DNA of 64,000 nucleotides from Anthoceros angustus. Lineage: Eukaryota; Plantae; Anthocerotophyta. The stretch spans positions 1,276,883 through 1,340,882 of the forward strand of contig MU008173.1 of NCBI GenBank assembly GCA_010909165.1. Reading direction: 5' to 3'. A program made the position numbers and the translations under genes. The notes below the pieces were generated by a model that did no database searches, had not been told where the DNA came from, and was given only the letters and a program-made list of their open reading frames with translations. Of this stretch, positions 36,701 to 49,692 are shown piece after piece (position 1 is the first letter of the stretch; every line of letters begins with the position of its first letter).

Positions 36701-37774
36701 TTCAGGATTCAGAATGTATTCGGCTTCAATTGCTGAACTTTCTGGCGTGCGTTCGAGCGGATATCTGTGATCATTCGCACATGCTTTGGAAAGAGCTCCC
36801 ACATCCTGGAAAGGCGCCTCAAGTGCCTGCCATTCTGCTGCTTCTTTGCTCTTGAGTGCTGCACTGCACAGCTGCCTGAGTCCACCTTTTGACCCCCTCT
36901 GACTCTCAAGTAGCATCCTACAATCGTGATTTACTCTCAAGTCTCTCAAGGACAATAAGGCATGAGCTGTCAGAAAAGGGCCTAAGAGCGGACAGCAAAA
37001 CCGAGTGGAGACAGCCACACCAATCTTCAGAGCCACGTGTGACCACAGTCGCCACTTGGGAATCGTACTACGCGTATGCCTGTGAGGATGTACAGGCATC
37101 ATAGAGACCAAAAGCAGTTCAAACACCGGCCAATAGGCACTGGGCCGCACAAGTCTCAACCCCGCAGCCCCCACATATGTCAAAAAAAGACACCTACGGC
37201 AATCCATATCCAACACCTGCTGCTCCTCCATTTCACCAGGAATATACACACTTCTGGCATGACATCCTCTCGTAATACACGACAATGCATGCTCATCACC
37301 ACAACCAGTGTCACCATCTACATCAGCATCAACCAATTGACGATCCATCGCAACTCTGCCACCAATTCTGCCATCTTTGAAATCCAACTCCAAAGCGAAA
37401 CAATCCCTGCAGTGACCTCCTGCCACAGCAGGCGGACGAGACTGCTCTCCTCTGACAAGTTTCTGCATCAACTCCATAATATTTTCCATTTGCGAGCTTC
37501 GCACATCCTCCCTTCTCCTCCCGATGCAATGCAGCCTGTGCTGTCGTTTCCTGCTTCCACCGTTTCCACTCAGCATTCCACTGAGCTGCAACTGCGACCC
37601 CTGCTGCTGGACAACAGAATCGGCCGTCTCTGCACTAATCCCTTCCTGCTGCCCCCGACTCCGCCAAGGAAGGCTGAAAAGCCGCAGATTCTGAGAACGC
37701 TTACTGCGATCTGCTCGTTTCCTCCGTCCTCCCAGCTCCTCCACATCCATTGAGACCGAGCTCCCTTCCCTCAT
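33716..37774 (-). CDS. CRAL-TRIO (Sec14-like) domain protein with very long low-complexity N-terminal region, multi-exon
   Basis: C-terminal exons encode WRDLVFWHGHCKKGRPTLCVLLG, VSNMELAELNL...MNLVIDLSGLGLLRMP and VYVLNAP; last exon 33832-33716 encodes PQFGGQCSC. Upstream 778-aa ORF begins after an acceptor at 37783 and splices out at 35442. One exon junction near 34830-34920 needs an indel to reconcile phase. Confidence 0.7.
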
Positions 37775-38717
37775 TGGATCAACCTGGTATCAAACGAGCC
37801 AGATCGACCATCAGCGCAGCTTCAATTCCGCCTGCATAATTTGCTCCAGTACAGAGACGGGAAAAATGCGCAACGCCGGCGCTCTTCTTCTCTTCTTCTT
37901 TTGCGGCTTCATGCTCTAATACTCCTGGACTCGACAGATCACTCAGCAAAGATCGTTTCCGGAACACTCCGATTCTTGCTTCCAGCGCTCGTGTGACGAC
38001 GATCTCCCGACCCGGCGCCCCCCGAGCCCGAGCTGGTGCCGGCGCCCGCGCCCGCCGCCCGCGCCGGCAAAGCTCGCAGCAGCTCGCAGCCTTGGAACAG
38101 GAAATGTCCAGGCCATAGCTGCCCATGTTGACGTACAGACATAGAGATGCTGGCAGATTCGCCGCTTATTCCTCCCCGATACGCGCTACTGTAAGCCTAG
38201 CATTACAAACGGCATGTCCTGGCATTATTCGTTGCTAAACCCTAAACCCTTGAAAGTGCACTGCACCCGGTCGGCGACGGCCTTAATAGCACTAAAGGCG
38301 AGCTGCTCAAAACGAGCATGGTTCATGGGCAGCTGCTAAATGGAAGGGACGATATTCCGGAGCAGAAGGGCGCATATGCGTCTTGTGAGGTCCGGGCTGC
38401 TGGCAGCTGCCCAACTGGTATACACCACGTCTTCTCTCTCACCAAACCTCTGTAAACAAGCCTGTCATAACACGCCTCCAGCTTACAAGCCTGGCATGTC
38501 ACGGCTCCACCTTCTCATGGCCACATGGCAGAGACAGACTCTACACGAAAGTGAACAATTTATTATAGCTTTCGGTCTCACACCAGACAACAGACAGGGG
38601 CAAGTACATACCTTCTAGATCCTATCGGCCAAGAGTGGCTCGCACCACAGCACGGAAATAAGTTTGTAGTGGGAGTCTGGGATATGGTATAGGGAACGAA
38701 TCGTCTCAAGCGCGGGC

Positions 38718-41700
38718 TCAGCCTCGCCCAAAATTGGACTCAAACTCAAACTCGGAGATGACAACAAGCGAATCTCCTGACCTGAGTCCCAACGGCTGGG
38801 TCTTCCGTGCTGGGTTCAGGACCTACACAAAAGGATGATTTACAGAGAAGGTCGTCGTTGGTGAAGAGAAGTAAACACGGATTCCCGCAAAAGTCAAGAT
38901 GGAGTAAGAACAGTAAGTTGGGCTCACTATCTTGCCGTCCTGCCGGTATCCGATGGCTACTTCCTCTCGTGCTAGAGCCTTTTCGGAAAGGTCGAGGAAT
39001 GAGTTAGACTCTTCAGCCCTCTGATATAGTTCAATGTCCTGTCCAAACCAGTGAATGAATAATGGACTCAGGTACAGCATTGTGTGAAAAGTTCGCTCGC
39101 CCCACTGTTGACATCTGCTTTGAACACCTTACCTTCACATAGATCTCGTTTCCCCACGAATTTAGCAGCTCGGTCCAGACAGTGTTGAGCTCGCTCTGCT
39201 CCAGCACTTCAGGTAACAAATATGCCAGGTGAGTATACTTTCGAGCTTAGGTGTAATCCAGCAAGTGCAGGACATTCCACTCACCTTGGGCCGTCACGAG
39301 TCCCATCAGTTCAGTTGTGCCAATGTAGGTTAGCGAATTGTGACTTTTTACGACCTGTAGCAAGCCAACGGCAGATGGTAACGAGACACCAGGAAACAAA
39401 GGGAAACAGCGGAGCAAGATGACTTTGGCACCTGCTTTCCCAGGTTCGTATCCACCAGCTCTGCGACAAGGCTTGCAACCTGAGGTGATCGGTCATGTGA
39501 GCTTCATCCACATTGTCTGGTAAAGCTAGAGAAACTCAAGCCTAAACTTGATGCCTTTGCCCTAGAACAATCGGAGGTTTCTGTTTTCATCACCTTCACA
39601 TTGTGTTGCTTACACATGGATTCAGCCATAAGCAGAGCAAAAACTGATTGTTTATCTGGTTTGGACGTATCTGCATTGAAATAAAAAGCACGTCTCCAGA
39701 GGTTTACATGGAGACGAACTCACAAAAAGGACAGCCATATTACTCCTCGACACCTTTACATTGGTCATACCTCCAACACGCCAGCTTGTGTCAGCGATGA
39801 CTACAACAGACAGAGGAACCGTCTCAGTGTTGTCTGTAGATGCCGAGGCATCGAGTATTGCTTCTCTCAGATCTGCTTCACTCATAGGGTTACCGACCTG
39901 CACAAGCGGACCTTTCAACAGTTAGAAGTCCTCCTCCACAGTCGATGCGTGACCATGGCACAGGTGCCACTCTGCGTAAGCCTTCTTTTAAAATGGAAGA
40001 TAACGAACGTCTGGCAGCATACCTTATGTGTGACATGTACATTTTGTAAAGGGTTTGAGATTTTACGGTGCACATCCCGAGTTCGGTCTTCAAGAGAAGC
40101 TTCTGCTAATATAACCTACAGGCAATGGACGTCCTCTCCGTCCTGTTACTCTTCCAGTAAAAGTTGCAGCATATCAACGATAAAGCAGACCAACAGAAGG
40201 GGCGTTTTTCAGTCCATACCAGTTCACTACCATGTCCAACGTAGTCATCGTACTCCAGCATCATCTCACCAACACCTGGACGCCATCCCAGCATCACTAT
40301 CCGTTCCTTCCTATCCGTAGTCCATTCAGCTGTCTGCAAAGTACATACAGCCGCCTCTAAATACTTTGGCTGTAGCCTACAAAATACAACAATCCAAGGC
40401 CTTCCTTTACAAGGGAGACAGTCCTGACACTGGGAAGGTTCAAAATATCCCTTTGTTGAGACAGAAATTTACACCTTATCGCACAGAGAAGGCAGACATC
40501 ATTAAATTTTAGGAGACCTTGTGAAGCAAACCTCACCTTAGAAGGTGCTTTGGCAGCCCTCTGAACTGGTGATGGCCATGAAACTCGACTATTGACAGCT
40601 CTAGCTCTTCGAGTCAAATCAGGAGCCGAATTTCCCAGTCGATACTGTTCTGCTCTAGTGACTAGTGCTTCTGGAGGTTCCCTCTGAGTATTCCTTGGGG
40701 CTATTACAAGGAGCTGCATAGACATATTGGATAGATCATATAACAGAGCCCATGAAAACAGTTCAATCAGGGCCCTGCAGGCCTCTCATTCTGACCTTGT
40801 CTTTGTCTTGAAGAAACTCGTCGTCCTCTGGATGGAAATTCACCTTTCCAGCACGTATTAGACCACAGACCACGGCCTACGATTTACAAAAGCGGTCAGT
40901 AGAACAGCTTCTACTCACAGGTGGTTCCAGGGTGGACACTCTGCACACACAGAAAATGTCATGGGGAAGACAAGTAACCTCTGGGAATCCTTGCCATAGC
41001 TCTACAAATGGAATGCCAGTCAGTTGAGGATAGCTGCGCAAGTTGATAGTTTGCTCTGTTCACAGTTGACACCGTCAGGGGGCACAGACCCGCAAACAAC
41101 TGCAGTGCTAAACAAGCTGCTTCTCTACATGACAGGAACTGAAAGTCAGCAAGACTAGGCGGTATACTGCTCTGATCAAGAAGTTGGCGGTAGACATCCA
41201 CTAGTCCTCGTTGTCGTGAGCACTGCACAAAAAGCTTCGAAGAAAGATCCTGCACTGGGCTTACATTCAAACTACAGAGGGACTTTAAGAGCTCCGCAGT
41301 GCTGGCCCTGGATACCTGGAATTGGAATATAAAGAAATAGCATTACCTCATGTGATCGAGCCTCAGAAAGATCAGCCGAAACTTTCATACAATATGTTAC
41401 CCCACCTCCGCAACGATCTTTCCTGTGGAGCCTTCAAGTAGAGGCTGTAGAGCTAGCACTGAGAGGACTGCATCAGCATCGGATTCGTATCTGTACGCCA
41501 AGCTCATTTCATTGAAAACAGGAAGTGCCAGCACATGATCTATTTGAGCTGGGTACTAGCTTGAAGACCGGCCAAACTGATAGTCGGGGATCAAAACAAG
41601 GATCCAGTGACCTACTTGTCGTCCTTGTTTGCAAGAAGAATAATAGACTTAGCCTTATCCGCTGCAACTTTTTGAAACGAGCCTTTACTGCTAAGGCTGC

Positions 41701-43946
41701 CACTGCAAGAGCAAAGCTAACTCAGTTGAACTTGCTGAGACGTGTCGATGCATGGAGGTTACCATACAATGCCATCACAAAATATGTTGAACCTGTGCTG
41801 GATACCTCCGGGTCAAAACATGGATCTGGTCACATTCTCTGGCGACACTTGCAACAAGCTTCTCCATATCCTTCCTTGGTCGTTCTGACAGGATCAAAAC
41901 GGTCTGTTTCCTGTAAAGTGATCCGAAGATATTAAAACCATGTTAAGAGACACGTTGTCGTAGTTATCAGCTTTCGAGGCTCGTTATGTACTCAATGAAG
42001 CTTGCCTGCTGGTTGCAGTTCCGTCTTCGATGGCAAACTCTTGTGACTTGTTTAGTTGCTTTAGAATTGTTGTAAGGTGAGTGTTTGCTCCGCACACTAC
42101 GATATGTCCACTCTCCATGACTTGGGAATGGGCCCCCTCCCGAAGCCACTCCATTCGGCTCTGGCAATCATCCGAACAGCTCCTCAGCCTGCATTACTGA
42201 CCAGGACAACACAGAGACGTTTTATAACTTACCTTGAATTGTGCCGTCAGTGTGCTAGTCAGTAAAGAGTAAAAGAGCAGCCCTCCAAGGGCTAGCATGA
42301 GGCCAATCGTGCGCTCTGGACGGGTCTTTTCCTGGAGTCAACAAATACATTTGTGAGGGAATTCGGTTGCGCAAACTGGAAATCAAAATGACCGTAGAAC
42401 CAAGTCAGCTGCCTACCTTGAGATGTGTTCCAGATGAGCACACACATGCCCACGCATCCCACATAGCATCACCAAGTGTCTGCTTCCTATTCCTGAGGAA
42501 ATAATGAATTGATAGCATTAGACCTCCCAGCTGAGCAATGGTTGGAGGGAAGCAAACGAACGAAGGTCGAAATAGCCACACATGAAGAACGGAGAGAATT
42601 GCTTCATGCACTTAAGCGTTCTTCCTGCAAGGATCTCTGTGCAAATGAAAGATACAGTCCAGCTAAGCGCAGACCATACCTAAAATACGAGAACAGCACT
42701 CCACCGACTGTTATCAGGAAAACACATGCCATCATTTGAAATAGCACATAGCTGCAATCAGGCCGAAGGAACAGTGTTTAATCGAACTCATGCTACATGG
42801 TAAGCTTTCTCCAGTCAAAGAAGATGATCATAGACAGGAAACAGTAGGGCTTACGCCACTGGTTGTCTCTCCATCAAGACATCCAGCATGTATGACAGGT
42901 GCCCAAAACTCCATGACATGTGCACCACATCTGGTGGTGTGACATCGAGGGCAAGAGACCGAGGTTTTGCAGGTAGAGACGTAGCAATACATGCAAGCAA
43001 CTTAAATGGTCTTTGCTGACGATGAGCCAAAAGACCTCTCAAAGAATTGAATAACGACGATGTTGCATAATGGTGCAGAGAAACGGATCTAAATATCGTG
43101 GCCACAAGAGGGCCAAAATACATCACGGATGCACCAGCCAACATTCCCTGTTTGTTCAAAGTGGTCAGTAAAATACAGGGGATGTAACCGAGCTATCTCC
43201 GTAATCAATAGACTGTAATCGAAGTTCAAGTAGCTGACTGTGGAAACAGAGTGCACCATTAAGAACATAGAACTGTCAGGACGCTTCACCCAGGATTGTC
43301 GCTCAGATTCGGATTCCCCTATCATGAAAGCATCCTCTGTTTTGCCCAGATGCTTGCCATTCTGCTGCGTCAGTCTCTGCCGTGCTTTCTTTGATTTCCA
43401 GTACAGTTTCCCAACCTTGCTCCAACCTCCAAGACGCTCAACGTACGGAGACTTTCCGGAAATGCCATCTGGTGTGCATCCAGCAACTAGTGAGACTGAA
43501 ACAACGCGTACAAGTGACCTGACGGTCACAGTGGAATTCGGAATTCTCTCATTGCATACCTTCGTCCTCTGTGCCACCGGCAGACAAAGCTAAGACCCAT
43601 GATCTCCGTTCTTCAGCAAAAGGGCTACATTTGAAGAAGTGCACATGAAACCGACGCCTGCACAGCCCAATGTTGGATAACTAAGCTGCAGAATTTTGGA
43701 GGACGCTGAATTCCAGATGCTGCAAACCCGCTCAGTGAAACAAAAACGATCCATTCCCACTCAGCTTGCAGCTGCCAAGACGACAACCACCAATTTGAAC
43801 CCATCCACAAGCTGCAAGTGTCTATGTGGGTCAAACAGCTACCCAGGAGATGGGACATGTTGTGCATAGAAGAGGGGCGACGGAAAGCGGTGAGGAAGGG
43901 GCAGCTGTGAGCATTCCGCAATGCGATGCCAGTCAGTTGCGGGCAT
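38718..43946 (-). CDS. CASTOR/POLLUX-related channel, plastid envelope PEC1/PEC2 (POLLUX-like 2) type, ~20 exons
   Basis: Spliced peptides include [99 protein letters not shown] and SLVVISEFE. The 5' exons (43946-43843, 43657-43560) and start codon are less certain; frame break near 43190. Confidence 0.88.
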
Positions 43947-44574
43947 TGCGCTTACAATCGAGACAGTCAATCAACTGTCATGCGGGAGTGGCCTTGAAGC
44001 CGCAAGTTGCCAAGCCAAGGAATCACGTGATCCGGGAGCTCTTTATTATTCCGTTATTCTTTCAATAATTGTTGAACTTACACAAGGGAATTTGGCCTCC
44101 AAATTGGCGAGAGTAAAGGATAAACTGATACCCGACTTTAGACTTTAGAGTATGCAAGTGGCAGGCCAAAGCAAGGCTTAAGAAAGAAAATGAACACAAA
44201 GTGACTACCTGCTACCTTCATCAATGCAGACAAAGCAAGGCTGCAGAAAAATATGAACACAAGCGACTACATGTTACCATGGTGAAACCGAAACCACTCA
44301 TACATAGAATGCAATTACATCATACCTAGTTTCTCGGGAATGTTGAAGTGAATGCATAAGGGCAATCTCCATAGGAAGGATATTGGCTTCTATATGATTA
44401 TCATAAGGAAATCGCAGTATGAAACCATGTATAACATGCATACTTTTGACGTGATAGTCTTTTACATAGAGTTAGTAACATGCTTATTTATACATAATTA
44501 GTCACAAGGATATCTATTGTTTGTTCGTTTGTTCTATTATATTACATTATATTAGATTGAGTTTACATGCCTTT

Positions 44575-45705
44575 ACAACAACAACAACTTTATTTATGTC
44601 CGCTAAGGATGGAAGGACCATCATGGGACAGAGATAGTACAACGTAAAAGAGGTTTGAAACCGAGTACACTTACGTTCTTCTGAACTAGAGAAGCAGTTA
44701 CTGTATGAGGAAAGCAGAAAAGAAGGCGAAGACTACAAGGAGTCCAACAAGGCCTGCCGAAGATCAAGAAGCTTAGAGAGACATAGTCCAGAGAGCCTAG
44801 GAATGTGAAAAGAGAAAAATCTGCGCAGCGAGAAGCCGGCACACTCAAAAAGAAGAGAGTAACGAGACCGAATATCGGCATAGGCAGGACAATAAAAGAG
44901 GAAGAGGGTCCAAGGAGCAAAGCTTGCAGATCCTTTCGTCTTGGGAGGCGAGCTTGAGCCAGCGGTGGTCTCAATCCGAGGCGGTGGGAGCTAACACGAA
45001 ATTGACCTATGAGTGTGCAGAGTTTGAAGGATAGGGGAAGGCGAGGTAGTAGGGGGCGGTATGAAATTTACGGAGGAGGATTAACTGGAGCTTGTCTTTG
45101 TAAAAGCGGAGTCTAGAAGTGAGAGGGGGGGAAAAGGAAAGAGGGGACCAGGTGAGGCGAAGGTGTCTTAATTTGAGGGCCATGCGAATGGAGTGGTTGG
45201 GGGGGATGTGAGAAAGGGGGAGTTGGGAGGAGGGAGAGGGCCAAGCAGGGAGTCTAAAAGGTTCAAACTCGAGTCTTCTAAGCCAGTTGGCAACTTGAAA
45301 AAGCCAGTAAAAAGAAGCCTAAGGGTCAGTATTGAGCCAGAGCGAGCGGGAGGACCTGAAGGCAAGGAGGTGGTAAGAGGGATCCAAAATGGGATTAGCA
45401 ATATCAAGGAGGTGGAGGCGGTAAAGAAAGGATGAGAGGTGAAAAAGGCCATCAAGTTCGAGGGGAAAGGCGGCGAATTCAAAAAGGAGGATGGGTAATG
45501 GAGTCGAGCGCTTACAAGCAATGTGAGCGCGAAGAAAGGAAGATTGAACCCTTTCCACCTTAGCCCAAGAAGAAGGGAAAAGATCCGGGCCCCAAATTTC
45601 AGCGCCGTACAAGGCGGAGGGAATTACCATAGTGTTGAACAGCTGCTTCCGAAGATTGATATCCTGAAGATTAATCCTGTATAAAGAACGGCGCAAAGGG
45701 TTCAT
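44575..45705 (-). mobile_element. 5'-truncated non-LTR retrotransposon (LINE): end of RT plus C-terminal Zn finger, AATAAA-(GTT)n tail
   Basis: KQLFNTMVIPSALYGAEIWG (RT thumb region), FRVSSHRLRIETDRW...ERICKLC...LFYCPAYADIR. Tail at 44575-44595. Partial second copy at 46426-47280. Confidence 0.88.
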
Positions 45706-48010
45706 TCATGAGTTCGAGGGTTACTTGGTTTGGGTGCCTGTGTGAATCATACTGTCATGTTGTGTGCTGCATAAAGCTAGTATTGAAGGTGGCTCTCCAA
45801 CGGTGTTTGTGTGTGAATTTTGGTGTGCTACCATTGAATCAGATGTTGTGTGCAGATGCTGCTCTACGCCGGTGGCTTATGCGCGAGGGCATCCTGCGGT
45901 TGCACAAGTCGCTTGCCAAAATGAACCTGGCCACTTGTGTGTTACATGCTATTGGATGTTCATGGGGGTCTCATGCTCCTTGCTCTTCACACTTTAGCAT
46001 GGAACCTCTTCGCCAAGATTTGGTTGGGATTGATATGTGCCGGAGAAGACCATAGGCAATTCCACCTCATGATGATCTATGAGATGTCCACGATGGATTG
46101 GGCAAGCATTCTCTATGAGCAGGCGGTGGCTCATAGGAACCATTTGATGAGTGAGGAGGCCAAAATCGGTTTGTCTCCACCTTCCTAGTACATCTATACC
46201 ATAGGGAGGAAGTTACGAAGGAGGAGGCGGAGGCTAAGATAGAAGCTTCCTTGGTCCGAGTGGTGGAAGGAGGCCGTCTATGGCGGCGGAGGAGGAGGAG
46301 GTAGACAGACAACCGCCTGGGAAGACCACCACCCCACCCGGCCTGACACGGATCAAGAACCGAAAACGACAAGGGGAAGGAGAAGGAGCCTATGGCGCCT
46401 CCTAGAGAGAAGGTAGGATAGGACTCCAGAGCCTAGGAATGTGAAAAGAGAAAATCTGCCGGAAGCACACTCAAAAAGAAGAGAGTAACGAGACCGAATA
46501 TCGGCATAGGCAGGACAATAAAAGAGGAAGAGGGTCCAAGGAGCAAAGCTTGCAGATCCTTTCGTCTTGGGGAGGGGCAGGCTTGAGCCAACGGTCGGTC
46601 TCAATCCGGAGGCGGTGGGAGCTAACACGAAATTGACCTATGAGTGTGCAGAGTTTGAAGGATAGGGGGGAACTGAGGTAGTAGGGCAGGGTATGAAATT
46701 TACCAGAGGGAGGATTAACTCGGAGCTTGTCTTTGTAAAAGCGGAGTCTAGAAGTGAGAGGGGGGGAAAAGGAAGAGGGACCGGTGAGGCGAAGGTGTCT
46801 TAATTTGAGGCCATGCGATGGAGTGGTTGGGGGGATGTGAGAAAGGGGAGTTGGGAGGAGGAGGCCGGTGGAGTCTAAAAGGTTCAAACTCGAGTCTTCT
46901 AAGCCAGTTGGCAACTTGAAAAGCCAGAAGAAGCCTAAGGGTCGATTGAGCGAGCGGGAGGACCAAGGCAAGGAGGTGGTAAGAGGGATCCAAAATGGGA
47001 TTAGCAATATCAAGGAGGTGGAGGCGGTAAAGAAAGGATGAGAGGTGAAAAGGCCATCAAGTTCGAGGCGCGCGAATTCAAAAGGAGGATGGGTAATGGA
47101 GTCGAGCGCTTACAAGCAATGTGAGCGAAGAAAGGAAGATTGAACCCTTTCCACCTTAGCCCAAGAAGAAGGAAAAGATCCGGCCCCAAATTTCAGTGGC
47201 AAAGGCGGAGGAATTACCATAGTGTTGAACGCACATTGCTTAGAAGATTGATATCACGAAGATTAATCAGTAAGGGTTCATTCATGAGTTCGAGGGTTAC
47301 TTGGTTTGGGTGCCTGTGTGAATCATACTGTCATGTTGTGTGCTGCATAAAGCTAGTATTGAAGGTGGCTCTCCAACGGTGTTTGTGTGTGAATTTTGGT
47401 GTGCTACCATTGAATCAGATGTTGTGTGCAGATGCTGCTCTACGCCGGTGGCTTATGCGCGAGGGCATCCTGCGGTTGCACAAGTCGCTTGCCAAAATGA
47501 ACCTGGCCACTTGTGTGTTACATGCTATTGGATGTTCATGGGGGTCTCATGCTCCTTGCTCTTCACACTTTAGCATGGAACCTCTTCGCCAAGATTTGGT
47601 TGGGATTGATATGTGCAGCCCGGAAGACCTACATAGGCAATTCCCACCTCATGATGATCTATGAGATGTCCACAGTAGATTGGGCAAGCATTCTCTATGA
47701 GCAGGCGGTGGCTCATAGGAACCATTTGATGAGTGAGGAGGCCAAAATCAGTTTTGTCTCCACCTTCCTAGTACATCTATACCATAGGGAGGAAGTTCTG
47801 AAGGAGGAGGAACTGGAGGAAGCTAAGATAGAAGCTTCCTTGGTCCAGTGGTGGAAGGAGGCCGTCTATGGCGGCGGAGGAGGAGGAGGTAGACAACAAC
47901 CTTTGGGAAGACCACCACCCCAGCCTGACATGAGCTTGGATCAAGAAAGAAAGCGACAAGGGAAGGAAGGAGCCTATGGCGCCTCCTACAGAGAAGGTAG
48001 GATAGGACTC
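44788..48010. repeat. ~1.63-kb tandem duplication (44788-46425 / 46426-48010) spanning the LINE and the adjacent ORF remnant
   Basis: Both copies start AGAGCCTAGGAATGTGAAAAGAG and end GAAGGTAGGATAGGACTCC, with TCC microhomology at the junction. Indel-rich differences. Confidence 0.9.
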
Positions 48011-48449
48011 CCGACCACCTACCAGGGGGCTTTACATTGGTATGCAGCCACCACCAGCAGAGGAGGGCCCGGTAGGAACCGGACCACCTACGAAGGAGGT
48101 AGCTCCTACGGGAGGAGCTACAGCTGAAGAGGGACCTACGATAGGGGAACAAGCTCCCACCGAAGGAGGACAAGATGGGCCTGTCGCCATGGAAGTAGAG
48201 GGCGATAGGGAAGAGCGTCGAGGAATGTTGGTGATCTACGCACCAGCAGGAGGGGTAGTAGGAGGTGTGATGAGAGCAGCTGGAATCTTTGAGAGAATGG
48301 CTACCGAGCTGCAGGAGATTGGACTGGGGCCTATAGATGCCCTAGTAGACAGTTTGAGAGAAGCGGCCGAAGTTCGTGCTGAACTTCGGGATGTGAAGAA
48401 AGAGTTGGAGTATGCAGAGAAGAAGCTCAAGGGAGGCTTGAAGACGACC
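45706..48449 (+). pseudogene. Degenerate TE accessory-ORF-like remnant (hydrophobic helical core, G/P/E-rich linker, C-terminal coiled coil), interrupted at 48450 by Copia-1
   Basis: Frameshifted ORFs at 47140, 47513 and 48042 (VDWASILYEQ; LREAAEVRAELRDVKKELEYAEKKLK). The final ORF reads straight into the LTR TG. Family assignment is inferred. Confidence 0.45.
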
Positions 48450-48633
48450 TGTTAGTTTATAACCACGTCAACTGGTTAGGGTTACCCAAGTTGGGGTTAG
48501 GCTATGCATATGAACAGTTATCCAACTCAAGTTGGTTTTGTATATAAGAAACTCTTTACATTTAATTAATTAGTTCTTTGCTCAAGTGTTTTCTCTGTTC
48601 ACTGCTCATGCTAGCAACACTAGAAGTTTCACA
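48450..48633 (+). mobile_element. Copia-1 5' LTR (184 bp), followed by tRNA-iMet PBS
   Basis: TGTTAG...TTCACA termini with internal TATATAA. PBS TGGTATCACAGC at 48634-48645 (1 mismatch to TGGTATCAGAGC). No matching 3' LTR in the window. Confidence 0.85.
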
Positions 48634-49692
48634 TGGTATCACAGCACCCATGTTGCTGATCCTGATCTGATCTATGCCTGACCTCTCCTAGTTCTAGATG
48701 AAAGTGCCGAGAAATACAACTGGGCACAACACCTAGTAGCCACTCATCTTTATGACTCCTCGATCATATGCCCAGCATATTCCCAGCACCTACATCACAC
48801 ACAGAACTCAGCATCATAACAGATTACAGTTCTTTCCGCTGCACCTATGCTAGCTTTGCAGTGGCTAATTGAACGCCAGAATGCCTCGCTATAAATCAAA
48901 CCCTGGAAATCCTGGAGCAAGGCATCGCATCAATTTTCAGGATAGAGAAGGACGTCGTCCAGATTGGAATTCACAGGCTCTCCGCACTCGTAGACGAGAG
49001 TTTTTCCATCGGCGGCCTTCACAAGATCCTCCTCGGGCTTTCCCGCATCCTAACACGCACAGAACAAGATCAATAAGCTGTCCTGGAGTACCCACGAGGC
49101 TGCAGCAACGAGCATCAAGGAGGGATTTTTGCCACACACCTGAAGATACATACGAGCGACCTCAATCTTTCCACGATGTGCAGATGAAGCACTGGCTTCT
49201 GGTGCTCAAGGTGGAGATTTCCCAAGTCAGCTCGCAGGTGGAAGATTTGGCGTCCAACCTGCAAATTCTATGTAGATAATTCAGAGAAACGTTTGGGTTA
49301 GACCAAGGATCGAGGAGTTGGGTCTCTCGATCCACGATTTTCTTAACATCCTTTCCAAGCAATCGCAAGGCTCCTGTGCGCAGATGCTTGTTGCGACACT
49401 GGGAGATGCGAAGCGCTGCTGGCGCTGGAGCCGCGCGACATCAATCTGCGAAGAGGGTTTTTCCAGGTGCGAGTGAGCGAACAGGCGTGAGCGAGCAATG
49501 ACTAGGCGCGGACAGCAAAACTTGGAGGGACGCGAGCTTACAAGTTGCTGTAACCGCCGCGGCCGCCTTCACCTGCCCTGCTCGCGACGGTTGCTCAACT
49601 CTCACGTCCCCCGCATCCGCCGCCTGAACGTGCCTTCCTCTCTTCCCCCTGTGATACCTTAGAAATCTAGTTAGCTTCTACCCCTTTCTGCA

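Noticed and set aside
37779-38126. 115-aa ORF upstream of the CRAL-TRIO gene
   Set aside because: Ends at a splice acceptor (37783); probably 5'-UTR or intron sequence, with no recognisable domain.
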